From NCBI GenBank assembly GCA_003598175.1, contig QZKN01000016.1:91523-155522 (forward strand): a stretch of DNA of 64,000 nt. The letters are read 5' to 3'. Made by a program: the position numbers and the translations under genes. Each line of letters begins with the position of its first letter. The first letter of the stretch is position 1. The stretch is from Candidatus Omnitrophota bacterium. GTDB lineage: Bacteria; Hinthialibacterota; Hinthialibacteria; Hinthialibacterales; Hinthialibacteraceae. The notes beneath the pieces are model-generated. The model did not search any database. It saw only the letters and a list, made by a program, of their open reading frames with translations, and had not been told where the DNA came from. Shown in pieces: positions 9,652 to 18,830 of the stretch.

Positions 9652-9957
9652 ATGATGTATAAAATTGAATACGCGAATAAAACCGTTCTCGATAATCTGA
9701 AGAATTTGTCTACGTATGTGCGTAAACAAATCTTGAATCGTATCGATAACCAGCTGCAGTATGAGCCGATAATTGAAACAAAACATCGAAAACCCATAAT
9801 TGGCTTGATTCCCCCATGGGAGTATGTAGAACCGATTTGGGAGTTGCGGATCGGCGAATATCGCGTTTTCTATGACGTGGATGAAGCGGCAATGGTGGTG
9901 AAAATTCGTGCAATTCGACACAAGCCGCCGCATAAAACAACGGAGGAAATACTATGA
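9652..9957 (+). CDS. RelE/ParE-family type II toxin
   Basis: ...ELRIGEYRVFYDVDEAAMVVKIRAIRHK... matches the RelE/ParE C-terminal core. Overlaps the next gene by 4 nt. Confidence 0.75.
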   Translation: MMYKIEYANKTVLDNLKNLSTYVRKQILNRIDNQLQYEPIIETKHRKPIIGLIPPWEYVEPIWELRIGEYRVFYDVDEAAMVVKIRAIRHKPPHKTTEEIL

Positions 9958-10202
9958 AGACAATTGGAATTGAACAAGCAACCTTGGATATGTGTATGGA
10001 AAATATCCAGCAGGAACGCGTTGTTCTTATGCGTAACGGCAAGCCTTTCGCGCTTCTTGTCGGCGTCGAAGGGATGGATAAAGAACAATTGGAATTAGGA
10101 AGCAGCGCTAAATTCTGGAAACGGGTTGAAAAATGGCGTAAAGAAAAAACGATTAGCCGCGCCGAACTGGAGCGGCGACTTGATGAGATCAAGGAAAAAT
10201 GA
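9954..10202 (+). CDS. Phd/YefM-like antitoxin
   Basis: ...QQERVVLMRNGKPFALLVGVEGMDKEQLEL... matches the Phd/YefM N-terminal fold pattern. Confidence 0.55.
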   Translation: MKTIGIEQATLDMCMENIQQERVVLMRNGKPFALLVGVEGMDKEQLELGSSAKFWKRVEKWRKEKTISRAELERRLDEIKEK

Positions 10203-10319
10203 GCCGAAAACGGTTAGATTCATCGGACAAGTGAAGGGGCGTATCGGCTGTTGTGGGAATGAAGGGTGATAGGGCTGTCGATTATGAATTAGAATCGGCG
10301 CGGTTCTCCAGCGCCGTCT

Positions 10320-10560
10320 TCAAATCCAGCCAATGCGGCTCGACGAAGCGGAGGGAGGCCGGTTGGTCGAGCTGTATGGCAATTTCGGGCGTTTCGGAAT
10401 CGAGAAGCGATTTTTGCAGATGGTCTCGCGCTTGGTGGGGATTGTGGATGATGAATTCGGAATACTTGGCGGCGCAGACGGGGCAGAGAGCAGGGGTGGC
10501 AAGGGTGGCGTTGTTTCCACCCTTGTGAGAAATCGCGATGGTTTCAGGTAATGGTACACA
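10320..10560. repeat. approx. 240-bp imperfect direct repeat, copy 2
   Basis: See copy 1. A minus-strand frame ends in ...ALCPVCAAKYSEFIIHNPHQARD...LRFVEPHWLDLKTALENRADSNS. Confidence 0.85.
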
Positions 10561-10714
10561 CAATTATTTATTTGGAGCCCACGCATCGAAACCAAAGTCT
10601 GACGTGACCTTGTCATGATTTTTATATTGCGATATGATTTGAAAAATTTTTGAATTTCGAATTTTTTTTATATCCCTTTGATTTACGTCCATTTGGCGGT
10701 GGTGTATCATCATA

Positions 10715-11803
10715 ATGGGATCAATAGAATTGAATATTAACAAGCAAAAGAATAAATTCATCGGTGTAGATTTATTCGCCGGAGCAGGAGGCATGTCTCT
10801 TGGTGCGGAGATGGCGGGGATTGATGTAAAACTTGCCGTTGAAAAAGATCATCATGCCGCAGCAACCTATGCACATAATTACCCGAATACGAGGTTGTAC
10901 ATAGGAGATATTGCCAATATCGATGAAAAATGTCTTCCGAAGAAAGAGAATAACACCATTCTATTCGGTGGGCCTCCTTGTCAGGGATTTTCGACCTCAA
11001 ATCAAAGAACAAGAGGTTCAAAAAATCACTCTAATTGGTTATTTCAAGAGTATATTAGAATTGTACGGCTTTGGCAGCCGGATTGGGTGGTTTTTGAAAA
11101 CGTCAAGGGAATCATCGAAACCGAAAAGGGAATCTTTGTTGAAAGAATTCAAAATGATCTTGCCGATTCGGGATACACAACAACGCACGGTGTGCTTTGT
11201 GCCAGTGATTTTGGAGTTCCACAGGTTCGTTCACGATTCTTTCTCATCGGCTCAAGTCACGGATTCAATGTTGATTTCCCAAAACCGTTAATGAAAGATC
11301 CCGTGACGGTCAAAGAGGCGATTTCTGATTTACCGAAGTTGGATAATGGGGCAAATTATGATTTTCTTCCCTATCCATGCAAACCTAGATTCCAATATGC
11401 TAGAAACATGAGAAATGGAGATATTGGTTGTTCTAATCACAACGTGACACGGAATGCTGCGTATGTCATTGAAAGGTATAATCATATTCCACAAGGCGGC
11501 AATTGGGAGGATATTCCGGAATCTCTGATGGCCAATTACTCGGACAGAAAACGATGCCATACAGGTATTTATCACAGGTTGGATGCGGATAAACCATCCG
11601 TTGTCATTGGTAACTTTCGGAAGAATATGCTTATTCATCCAACACAAGATCGCGGTTTGTCTTTGCGTGAAGCAGCACGTCTGCAATCTTTTCCTGATTG
11701 GTATGAGTTCATGGGATCGATTGGTTTTCAGCAGCAACAGGTGGGGAATGCCGTTCCGCCGTTGCTTGCGATGTCGGTCTTTTTCATACTTACACGTAAT
11801 TAA
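10715..11803 (+). CDS. dcm: DNA (cytosine-5)-methyltransferase
   Basis: Motif I FAGAGG, motif IV GGPPCQGFS, motif VI ENV, and C-terminal QxGNAV. AT-rich relative to flanks. Confidence 0.9.
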   Translation: MGSIELNINKQKNKFIGVDLFAGAGGMSLGAEMAGIDVKLAVEKDHHAAATYAHNYPNTRLYIGDIANIDEKCLPKKENNTILFGGPPCQGFSTSNQRTRGSKNHSNWLFQEYIRIVRLWQPDWVVFENVKGIIETEKGIFVERIQNDLADSGYTTTHGVLCASDFGVPQVRSRFFLIGSSHGFNVDFPKPLMKDPVTVKEAISDLPKLDNGANYDFLPYPCKPRFQYARNMRNGDIGCSNHNVTRNAAYVIERYNHIPQGGNWEDIPESLMANYSDRKRCHTGIYHRLDADKPSVVIGNFRKNMLIHPTQDRGLSLREAARLQSFPDWYEFMGSIGFQQQQVGNAVPPLLAMSVFFILTRN

Positions 11804-11849
11804 TAAATATATTATAATAAGTAATAGCAGGAGTTGTATTGTGGCATCC

Positions 11850-12914
11850 ATGACAACCGTCATCTATAAACCAGTGGATGGTCTTCGATACTATCTTGAG
11901 GAACGTTACTTGGGAAAGCGCGAACAATTTCCTGAAGATCAAAAAGACTACCCCAACTTCTTTCGAAATATTGAGGATTATATGAAAAAGCATGTTCATC
12001 AAGAGGTAATAATTGGTGCAGCTCTTCAAGGATATGGACTGCTTAATGATCACGGTAAGGAACATATCGCAATGGTCATACAACGAGCGGGACTCATATT
12101 GCAGGGTAGAATAGAAGACCTTTCAGGGTATGAAATATATCTCTTGCTGCTTGCTATACATTTTCATGATGTCGGCAATATATACGGCCGAGATGATCAT
12201 GAGCATCGTATATTTGAAGTTATGGAAGAATTGGGTACATTACTCCCATTAGATAGCCCTTCTAAAAAATATGTAGCTAAAATCGCCATGGCACACGGTG
12301 GGAAGATAAATGACAGCAAAGACACCATCTCGACACTTTTGATGAGTGATTATCTTCAGGGCATGCATATACGTCCTGCTTTAATCGCTGCTATCCTCAG
12401 ATTTGCAGACGAGATTGCAGATGATCACACTCGGGCTTGTCGCTTCCTAAACAAAACTAAACAAATACCACCTCGAAATGAAGTTTTTCATCGATATTCC
12501 GAGTGTTTGCAACAGGCAGCAATTGATGGAAACACTTTGATCTTAAAGTTCGACCTTTCGATGGAAAAAGCTTTGAAAACCTGTTCAAAAGAGAATAAAC
12601 AGTCATCCAGAGGGTACAGCAAAGTGTTCCTTTACGATGAAATATTGGAGAGGCTAAAAAAATGCCTTTGTGAACTCGAATATTGTGCCAGATATTCACG
12701 TCCCTTTATTCAGATCAATTCCATTAGAGCGGAAATCGAGGTACACGCCTCAAACATTCTTAATCCCCTTTATAAGGATAGTATTCTCCTGAGGCTTTGC
12801 GGATATCCAGATATGCGTAATAAACCTATCTGTGATCTCCTCGAAAAACAACCACTGGCTATGAACGGACAGGAATTAAAGCATCAAATTCTGGAGAAGA
12901 GTAATGCCAAATAA
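11850..12914 (+). CDS. HD-domain (metal-dependent phosphohydrolase-like) protein
   Basis: H...HD signature: ...DHGKEH...LLLAIHFHDVGNIYGRDDHEH... GGAG before the ATG at 11850. Stop overlaps the start of the next gene. Confidence 0.5.
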   Translation: MTTVIYKPVDGLRYYLEERYLGKREQFPEDQKDYPNFFRNIEDYMKKHVHQEVIIGAALQGYGLLNDHGKEHIAMVIQRAGLILQGRIEDLSGYEIYLLLLAIHFHDVGNIYGRDDHEHRIFEVMEELGTLLPLDSPSKKYVAKIAMAHGGKINDSKDTISTLLMSDYLQGMHIRPALIAAILRFADEIADDHTRACRFLNKTKQIPPRNEVFHRYSECLQQAAIDGNTLILKFDLSMEKALKTCSKENKQSSRGYSKVFLYDEILERLKKCLCELEYCARYSRPFIQINSIRAEIEVHASNILNPLYKDSILLRLCGYPDMRNKPICDLLEKQPLAMNGQELKHQILEKSNAK

Positions 12915-14691
12915 CATATCTGTATCAGAGCCAACCAATCCGTTTACCGTCATTAGTCCTGAGAATTTGGACGCTCATACTGCCGTACAACTATTTGTCG
13001 ATTTATTCTCTGATTTTCCACAAGTTCGAAATCCAGGGCATTCTCTGATTTTTGGTGCCCGTGGTTCTGGCAAGAGCATGATGTTTCGCTGTCTCCTACC
13101 TGATGTACTCATGCTTCACAAGAATTGTACGTTCACTGACTTGGATTTCCTTGCTTTTCATGTCCCCATAAAGAACACACAACTCCGAATTACCGACCTC
13201 CAGAGGCTGGATCAACACCACGCAACATTTCTTATAAACGAACATTTTCTCACTCTTTCTTTAATAATTGAGGTGCTTCACTCTTTAAAGTATTTAGAAT
13301 TTTTGCCTTTCCAGGAGTCAGACTATCGAGATTTCTTTGAAAAGATGTATACCTATCGTCTTCGACTATGCGGCTGTACAACAAAATGTGTATTTCGCAA
13401 TAGTTCAACCAATGATTTTTTTGAAACTCTTTACGATCACATGCTCGAAATGCATGCTGAATTCATTCAATACATACTGCAAATCAGTCCGGACAGGGGA
13501 GTTCCTGTTCCACCTTATAATCTCCAGCTTCTTACTTTCCAGGGCTTTTTAGTCCCCTTTTTTCAAGGTTTAAAACGTCTACCCGGCTTTCCGCTAAAGA
13601 ATATTTACTTATTTATTGATGATGCTGATAACTTAAGCAAAACGCAAACCCAGATTTTGAATGCTTGGCTAGCAACCAGAACTCAACCGGAGATCAGTCT
13701 TAAAGTTTCTGCACAGATTGGCAAGTATAGGTCCTTTGTATCTCCAAATGGCACATCGGTTGAGTCTCCACATGATTATCAGGAAGTGAACATTTCCGAC
13801 AAATACACTACAAGCAGAACAGTATATTTTAAGCGGGTACAAGCGATTATAGAAAAACGACTCGATCTTGCAGGAATTAGGGGAATCACTCCAGAAGATT
13901 ACTTTCCTCCATATAAAAAACAGGAAGATGCGGTAAAAAAAGAAGAAGAACGGCTGCGTGCTGTCTGGGAAAAAGAAGGACGCGGCCATCGACCCGGCGA
14001 CGATGCTTTGCGTTACGCAAGACCTAATTACATTCGAGACTTAGGAGGATCTAGAAAGTCTCGTTCGAAATATATGTATGCAAGTTTTGGGCAACTTGTC
14101 CATTTATCATCCGGTGTCATAAGGTATTTTCTGGATTGTGCAGCGTTGATGTTTGATGAGACAATAAAAGTGAAAGGACCGCAACAATCGTTAAAATATA
14201 TTCCACATGAGATTCAAAATAAGATTGCCCGAGAAAAAGCAGATAAAATGATGTTCTCTCAGTTTAGAAAACTAGAGAAAGATGAATCTGTAATAAAAGG
14301 AGAACTCGGTGTTGTACAGAAACTTCAAAATCTCATCTTCTCCATGGGCTATACATTCCACGACATTCTAACCTCTGATAGATCGGAACGTCGAGTTTTT
14401 TCGATCGCTTTATCTAACACCCCTACTGAGGAAATAAAAGAGGTTCTTACATTCGGTGTTCAAATCGGCTACCTCCATGAAGCCACAATTGGAAACAAAG
14501 ATGGTACGGGACGAACGTGGCTATATATAATGAATCGTTGTTTATCTCCCCTTTTTGTTTTAGATCCAACTGGATTCGCAGGTTACTTATTTGTAACTAA
14601 TGAAGCGTTGATTAGGGCGATGTATAATGGAAAACCATTAAGAGAAGTATATGCCAGCGATGAACCCGAGCAATTAACCTTGTTTGATTAG
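12904..14691 (+). CDS. P-loop NTPase, 595 aa (Walker A GARGSGKS, Walker B LFIDDAD)
   Basis: Walker A/B motifs seen in translation. Start overlaps the upstream stop by 11 nt. No recognisable nuclease or helicase motifs by eye. Confidence 0.55.
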   Translation: MPNNISVSEPTNPFTVISPENLDAHTAVQLFVDLFSDFPQVRNPGHSLIFGARGSGKSMMFRCLLPDVLMLHKNCTFTDLDFLAFHVPIKNTQLRITDLQRLDQHHATFLINEHFLTLSLIIEVLHSLKYLEFLPFQESDYRDFFEKMYTYRLRLCGCTTKCVFRNSSTNDFFETLYDHMLEMHAEFIQYILQISPDRGVPVPPYNLQLLTFQGFLVPFFQGLKRLPGFPLKNIYLFIDDADNLSKTQTQILNAWLATRTQPEISLKVSAQIGKYRSFVSPNGTSVESPHDYQEVNISDKYTTSRTVYFKRVQAIIEKRLDLAGIRGITPEDYFPPYKKQEDAVKKEEERLRAVWEKEGRGHRPGDDALRYARPNYIRDLGGSRKSRSKYMYASFGQLVHLSSGVIRYFLDCAALMFDETIKVKGPQQSLKYIPHEIQNKIAREKADKMMFSQFRKLEKDESVIKGELGVVQKLQNLIFSMGYTFHDILTSDRSERRVFSIALSNTPTEEIKEVLTFGVQIGYLHEATIGNKDGTGRTWLYIMNRCLSPLFVLDPTGFAGYLFVTNEALIRAMYNGKPLREVYASDEPEQLTLFD

Positions 14692-14699
14692 GATATACT

Positions 14700-15695
14700 A
14701 TGAAAACAGATACACGACCGATACTTTCTGCTTTGCCAGAAATTCTAAAAGATAGATGTGGTGCATTTATTTGCTGCGCAAGCTATGAAGAAAGATCTCG
14801 CTGTATTTCTGGCGCTGTTAAAGACCTCCCCTTTGAAAGAGTTGTAATTTTTGCGATAGCGGATATTTTCTCTGGTATCGAGGATAGGGCTTTAGAAATA
14901 AAAAGTAATTTTAGCAACAAAACAAACTCAGAAATTGTTTTGACAAAAACTCATGAGCCACTTTTTACTGCTAATGTGGTTGCGAAATCGTTAAGGCGAA
15001 TTATGGATGACGGTATAAATGACATTTTTATTGATATTACAACGTTTACACATGAATTGCTTCTGATATTACTAAGACAGATCAATAGATTTAAAGATAG
15101 ATTAGCGAAAGTAACATGCCTATACACAAGTGCACGAAGTTATTCTATCGGTGATCCAGATGACAGAAAATGGCTTAGCAAAGGTTGCAAAGAAATTAGA
15201 AGCGTAGTGGGATTTCCTGGTTTACTAGTACCTGGTCGTCCCACATGCCTGATTGTGCTTGTGGGATTTGAGCATGAAAGGGCCACTAGGACGATCGTTG
15301 AGATGGATCCTGAACTTCTACTTATAGGAAAGGGAATTCCGAGTGTGGAACATCTAACGGATGAATCTCATAAAGCACCAATGGAATTTTTCCACAATCT
15401 TGTGCAAACTATGGTATCAAGTCGAGGTTCAGTTGAGCCTTTTGAGTTCTCATGCAGAGAGCCTTATCAGACTGCGAGGACTATACTTGAATTGGTTACA
15501 AAAAAACCTGACTTTAACCATATCATAGCTCCATTGAACACAAAAATATCTACAGTTGCTGTTGCTTTAGCCGCCATGGCGAATCAAAAAATCCAGGTGT
15601 GTTATGCAGAACCTGAAACATATAACTTCAATGGATATTCAGAACCAGGTGATAAAGTTTCCATTTTTGATCTGGATTGGGATCGTGAGTTATGA
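14700..15695 (+). CDS. hypothetical protein, 331 aa
   Basis: Long ORF translationally coupled on both sides (8-nt gap upstream, ATGA overlap downstream). No motif recognised. Confidence 0.4.
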   Translation: MKTDTRPILSALPEILKDRCGAFICCASYEERSRCISGAVKDLPFERVVIFAIADIFSGIEDRALEIKSNFSNKTNSEIVLTKTHEPLFTANVVAKSLRRIMDDGINDIFIDITTFTHELLLILLRQINRFKDRLAKVTCLYTSARSYSIGDPDDRKWLSKGCKEIRSVVGFPGLLVPGRPTCLIVLVGFEHERATRTIVEMDPELLLIGKGIPSVEHLTDESHKAPMEFFHNLVQTMVSSRGSVEPFEFSCREPYQTARTILELVTKKPDFNHIIAPLNTKISTVAVALAAMANQKIQVCYAEPETYNFNGYSEPGDKVSIFDLDWDREL

Positions 15696-16603
15696 AGATG
15701 ACTGACAAAAAACTGAATAATTTGGAAGATGTCTTAACTCATTCGCTTACCGTCTTGGATGATGGCTTTGTACGGCTTGTTGATTTCATGGGAGACGATT
15801 CCTCCATTGTACAAGCCGCTCGTGTATCATATGGAGAAGGTACGAAGAAGGTCAGCGAAGATCGTGACCTTATTCGCTACCTTATGCGCCACCGCCACAC
15901 CACTCCATTCGAAATGTGTGAAATCAAATTACACGTTCGCGTTCCGATGGATTGTTGGCGTCAGTGGATTCGACATCGAACGGCTAGCGTAAACGAATAC
16001 TCAACAAGATACTCCATCGCTATAGACGCTGCTCAAAAAACCGATCCCCAAAAATGGAGGATACAATCTAAAAGTAATAAACAGGGAAGTGATGATTTTT
16101 TAAATAATGAAGATGGTGAATTTCTTTCCAAACGAGAAAAGGAAATTCAGGAAAAATGTCGAGAAATTTATGATGAAAGATTAAATTACAGTGTTGCCCG
16201 AGAACAGGCTAGAAAAGATTTACCTCTTTCAACATATACAGAAGCCTATTGGAAAATTGACCTTCACAATCTTCTTCACTTTCTTGAATTGAGATTGGAT
16301 GAAAAAGCTCAATATGAAATCAGACAATACGCGAATGTAATCGGAAACGAAATCGTAAGTAGATGGGTTCCCATCACTTGGGAGGCGTTCAAAGAATATC
16401 GGCTTAATGCTGTTCATCTTTCAGAAACAGAGATTAAAATTTTATCTATGATGTATACTAACGATATAAATTCTGTAGTTGGTTTCATGAAAGAGTGCGG
16501 CTGGTTAGAAGAAGCTGGTGAAATATTGAAACCAAAAGGAGAAACCCGTGAATTTGGAGAAAAGCTTATACGGTTAGGGATACCTATACCCTGGAAAAAA
16601 TAG
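15692..16603 (+). CDS. thyX: flavin-dependent thymidylate synthase family protein
   Basis: Canonical ThyX signature R-H-R-x7-S (WIRHRTASVNEYSTRY). N-terminal ...GFVRLVDFMGDD...AARVS...TPFE... aligns with ThyX. ATGA overlap with the upstream gene; 5-nt gap to Vsr. Confidence 0.8.
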   Translation: MKMTDKKLNNLEDVLTHSLTVLDDGFVRLVDFMGDDSSIVQAARVSYGEGTKKVSEDRDLIRYLMRHRHTTPFEMCEIKLHVRVPMDCWRQWIRHRTASVNEYSTRYSIAIDAAQKTDPQKWRIQSKSNKQGSDDFLNNEDGEFLSKREKEIQEKCREIYDERLNYSVAREQARKDLPLSTYTEAYWKIDLHNLLHFLELRLDEKAQYEIRQYANVIGNEIVSRWVPITWEAFKEYRLNAVHLSETEIKILSMMYTNDINSVVGFMKECGWLEEAGEILKPKGETREFGEKLIRLGIPIPWKK

Positions 16604-16608
16604 TTTCA

Positions 16609-17031
16609 ATGGCAGATAATCTTTCTTTTGAACAACGCAAATACTGCATGTCTCAAATACGTGAAAAAGATACAAAACCAGAGATAATAATCCGCAAAAT
16701 AGTTCATGCACTTGGATACCGTTTCAGACTTCATCGACGTGATCTTCCCGGTTGCCCTGACCTTGTTTTTCCATCTCGAAGAAAGATTATTTTTGTTCAT
16801 GGCTGTTTTTGGCACCGACATTCAGGATGTTCCAAGTCTACAACCCCGACGACCAGAAATGACTACTGGATAAAAAAATTCAAGGGGAACGTCAAACGTG
16901 ACCGCACGAACATTAAGTCGCTTCGTAATCAAGGTTGGGATGTATTGGTAATTTGGGAGTGTGAAACGAAAGAAACTGAAAAACTGTACGAAAATATAAA
17001 ATATTTTTTGGAAAAAAAGGACTGTTCATAA
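16609..17031 (+). CDS. vsr: very-short-patch repair endonuclease
   Basis: ...DLVFPSRRKIIFVHGCFWHRH... and ...RDRTNIKSLRNQGWDVLVIWECE... are diagnostic Vsr motifs. 140 aa. Confidence 0.9.
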   Translation: MADNLSFEQRKYCMSQIREKDTKPEIIIRKIVHALGYRFRLHRRDLPGCPDLVFPSRRKIIFVHGCFWHRHSGCSKSTTPTTRNDYWIKKFKGNVKRDRTNIKSLRNQGWDVLVIWECETKETEKLYENIKYFLEKKDCS

Positions 17032-17039
17032 TAAATAGG

Positions 17040-17359
17040 ATGAACTTCAGCGCGGGACGAAACTGGTAAGGAATAAAGTAAATTAGCGCGGCGTTCAGAG
17101 AATAGAGAATCGAACAACTGGGATGACGAATATGTAAAACCGTGAGGTATAAACGAAATTCTCCGAGAGAAACCACTTTTGTTTTTTTCGCATCAACAGC
17201 GTCGGAAATCAGTTGCGATTCATAAAAGGTCTGCGCCTTTCCCTCCATGAAAACCTGGTAAAGGATTTCCGCGCCACCCGGTATGACGGAAGTCACGGCC
17301 CCCTTCCGCCGCGGATCCGCCGCAAGGCGAACTATCGCTCCAACGTGATAAATCGGCAT
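17040..17359 (-). pseudogene. truncated ORF, apparently the N-terminal domain of a larger, possibly helicase-associated, protein
   Basis: MPIYHVGAIVRLAADPRRKGAVTSVIPGGAEILYQVFMEGKAQTFYESQL... then degenerates into antisense of vsr. Abuts the island boundary. Confidence 0.3.
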
Positions 17360-17387
17360 AAGCATCAAAACCTTTCCTATAAAAAAA

Positions 17388-17428
17388 CCGGGGTGATTAT
17401 TTCTTCCGAAAACCCCGCTTTTTTATTT
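17388..17428. terminator. bidirectional rho-independent terminator hairpin
   Basis: aaaaaaa-CCGGGGT-gattatttcttccgaaa-ACCCCG-ctttttta. GC stem flanked by A-run and T-run, so functional in both orientations. Confidence 0.55.
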
Positions 17429-18189
17429 TGTGTATATTTTTAAGAATTGTCCAGACCTGCGGGATGCGTTTGAAAATCCGCCGTCTCCTGTCCGCCGATG
17501 AAAGCGCCGCAAGGTTTGCTTTCCTCCTAACGCATGTGGTGGTATACTCCAAAACGCCTTAATACATAAAATTTAACGTCCTTGGCTGCCGTATCCTCGT
17601 AGGAAAAGAATCGTAAAACAGGGGCGAAGCGCCTGAGGCGTGTGTTAAGCGGCAATTGGAGCAGAAATATCAATTGGAAACAAAAGATTTCTATCAGCAA
17701 TTTCAAACCGGCTTGCTTGCAGATACGGAAGACTATCTGATTTGGGCAGACCTTTATGAGATGTTTCAGGAGAATCACCGGAAACTTAAGGAATTACAAT
17801 GATTGAAGCTTATTTTGAATCGTATGAAAAGACGATTCAAACGTTTCCTCCTATTCAGTCCTATTCACTCTACAAGAAAATCTATAATGTAAAACAAGGC
17901 TTTATCAGGGGGATGATTCTGTTTGACGATAACGCTCGACTTGGAAATTGCCCAAAAACCTTTATACCACTGATATAACAGAACCCGTTTAATCACGGCA
18001 TCCCTCCCGGCGTGTTATTTTTTTCATTTTGCGGATATTTTCAGGAAATGTCCGGACCAGGCAAACCAGGCACAAAACGCGTTGTCCAATCGCTTTCCCC
18101 ACTACTCTCCGAATGCTATAATCAGTGACATCGTCACGATTATCATTCATCATACTTGACAGAGTTGCCTGGCAGGGAAACACCGGATC

Positions 18190-18624
18190 ATGAGGATATA
18201 TTTGGATAATTGTTGTTTCAATCGTCCATTCGACGATCAATCGAAAATTCGGGTGCGACTTGAAACGGAGGCCAAAATACGAATTCAAGAGGAGTTATTA
18301 CACGCAAAATTTGAACTGGTATGGTCCTATATTCTTGAGGCGGAGAATCGGGCGAATCCTTTCGAAGAACGAAAACGAGAAATCTCCGCCTGGAAAAGGC
18401 AGGCTTTGGTGAAGATCGAAGAAAATCCGGAAATTTTAGCAAAAGCGAAACAATTTATTCGCGTGGGACTTCGCGAAAAAGATGCGCTGCATATATCTTG
18501 CGCCATTGCAGCCGCTTGCAAATATTTTCTGACGACGGATGACAAAATCTTAAATAAAAGCAGGATGATTGAAGAGATTGCGGTTATTGATCCCCTTGAA
18601 TTTATCAAAGAGGTATACCCATGA
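18190..18624 (+). CDS. PIN-like domain protein (putative toxin)
   Basis: MRIYLDNCCFNRPFDDQS...DALHISCAIAAACKYFLTTDDKIL... pattern of acidic residues resembles PIN-like nucleases. Confidence 0.45.
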   Translation: MRIYLDNCCFNRPFDDQSKIRVRLETEAKIRIQEELLHAKFELVWSYILEAENRANPFEERKREISAWKRQALVKIEENPEILAKAKQFIRVGLREKDALHISCAIAAACKYFLTTDDKILNKSRMIEEIAVIDPLEFIKEVYP

Positions 18625-18830
18625 TAACGGATACGGAAGTAAAAATAAAAGGGATGCAAGCCCTTGCGGAATCGTTGGGAAACGTGGGAGCCGAAAGGTT
18701 TATATCATTGATTCAGCGGGAACCGTTTGACTATACCGCATGGCAACGAACATTGTGGGAAGGCCAAAGCGTGGAAGAGATAAGCCGAAACGCCATGAAG
18801 ATTACCCGTAACCTGGCTGAACAATCGTGA
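18621..18830 (+). CDS. small protein, 69 aa, coupled to PIN-like gene (possible antitoxin/partner)
   Basis: ATGA overlap with the upstream gene. No motif recognised. Confidence 0.3.
   Translation: MITDTEVKIKGMQALAESLGNVGAERFISLIQREPFDYTAWQRTLWEGQSVEEISRNAMKITRNLAEQS

Noticed and set aside
11583-11849. Upstream extension of the HD-domain ORF (track start 11583) overlapping dcm
   Set aside because: The extension is an alternative frame of the dcm 3' end. An ATG with a GGAG site at 11850 gives a compact 354-aa protein, so the shorter start is preferred.
15692-16603. Calling the ThyX-family gene a dCMP/dUMP hydroxymethylase
   Set aside because: Phage hydroxymethylases are ThyA-fold. This protein has the ThyX RHRx7S signature, so only the ThyX family call is made.
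17527-17802. Small ORFs in the 17.4-18.2 kb gap (e.g. 83-aa minus ORF; plus-strand frame ending at 17802)
   Set aside because: Short and lacking motifs and ribosome-binding sites. On re-reading the bases, the plus-strand frame is interrupted by a stop at 17737, so it is treated as a non-coding spacer.
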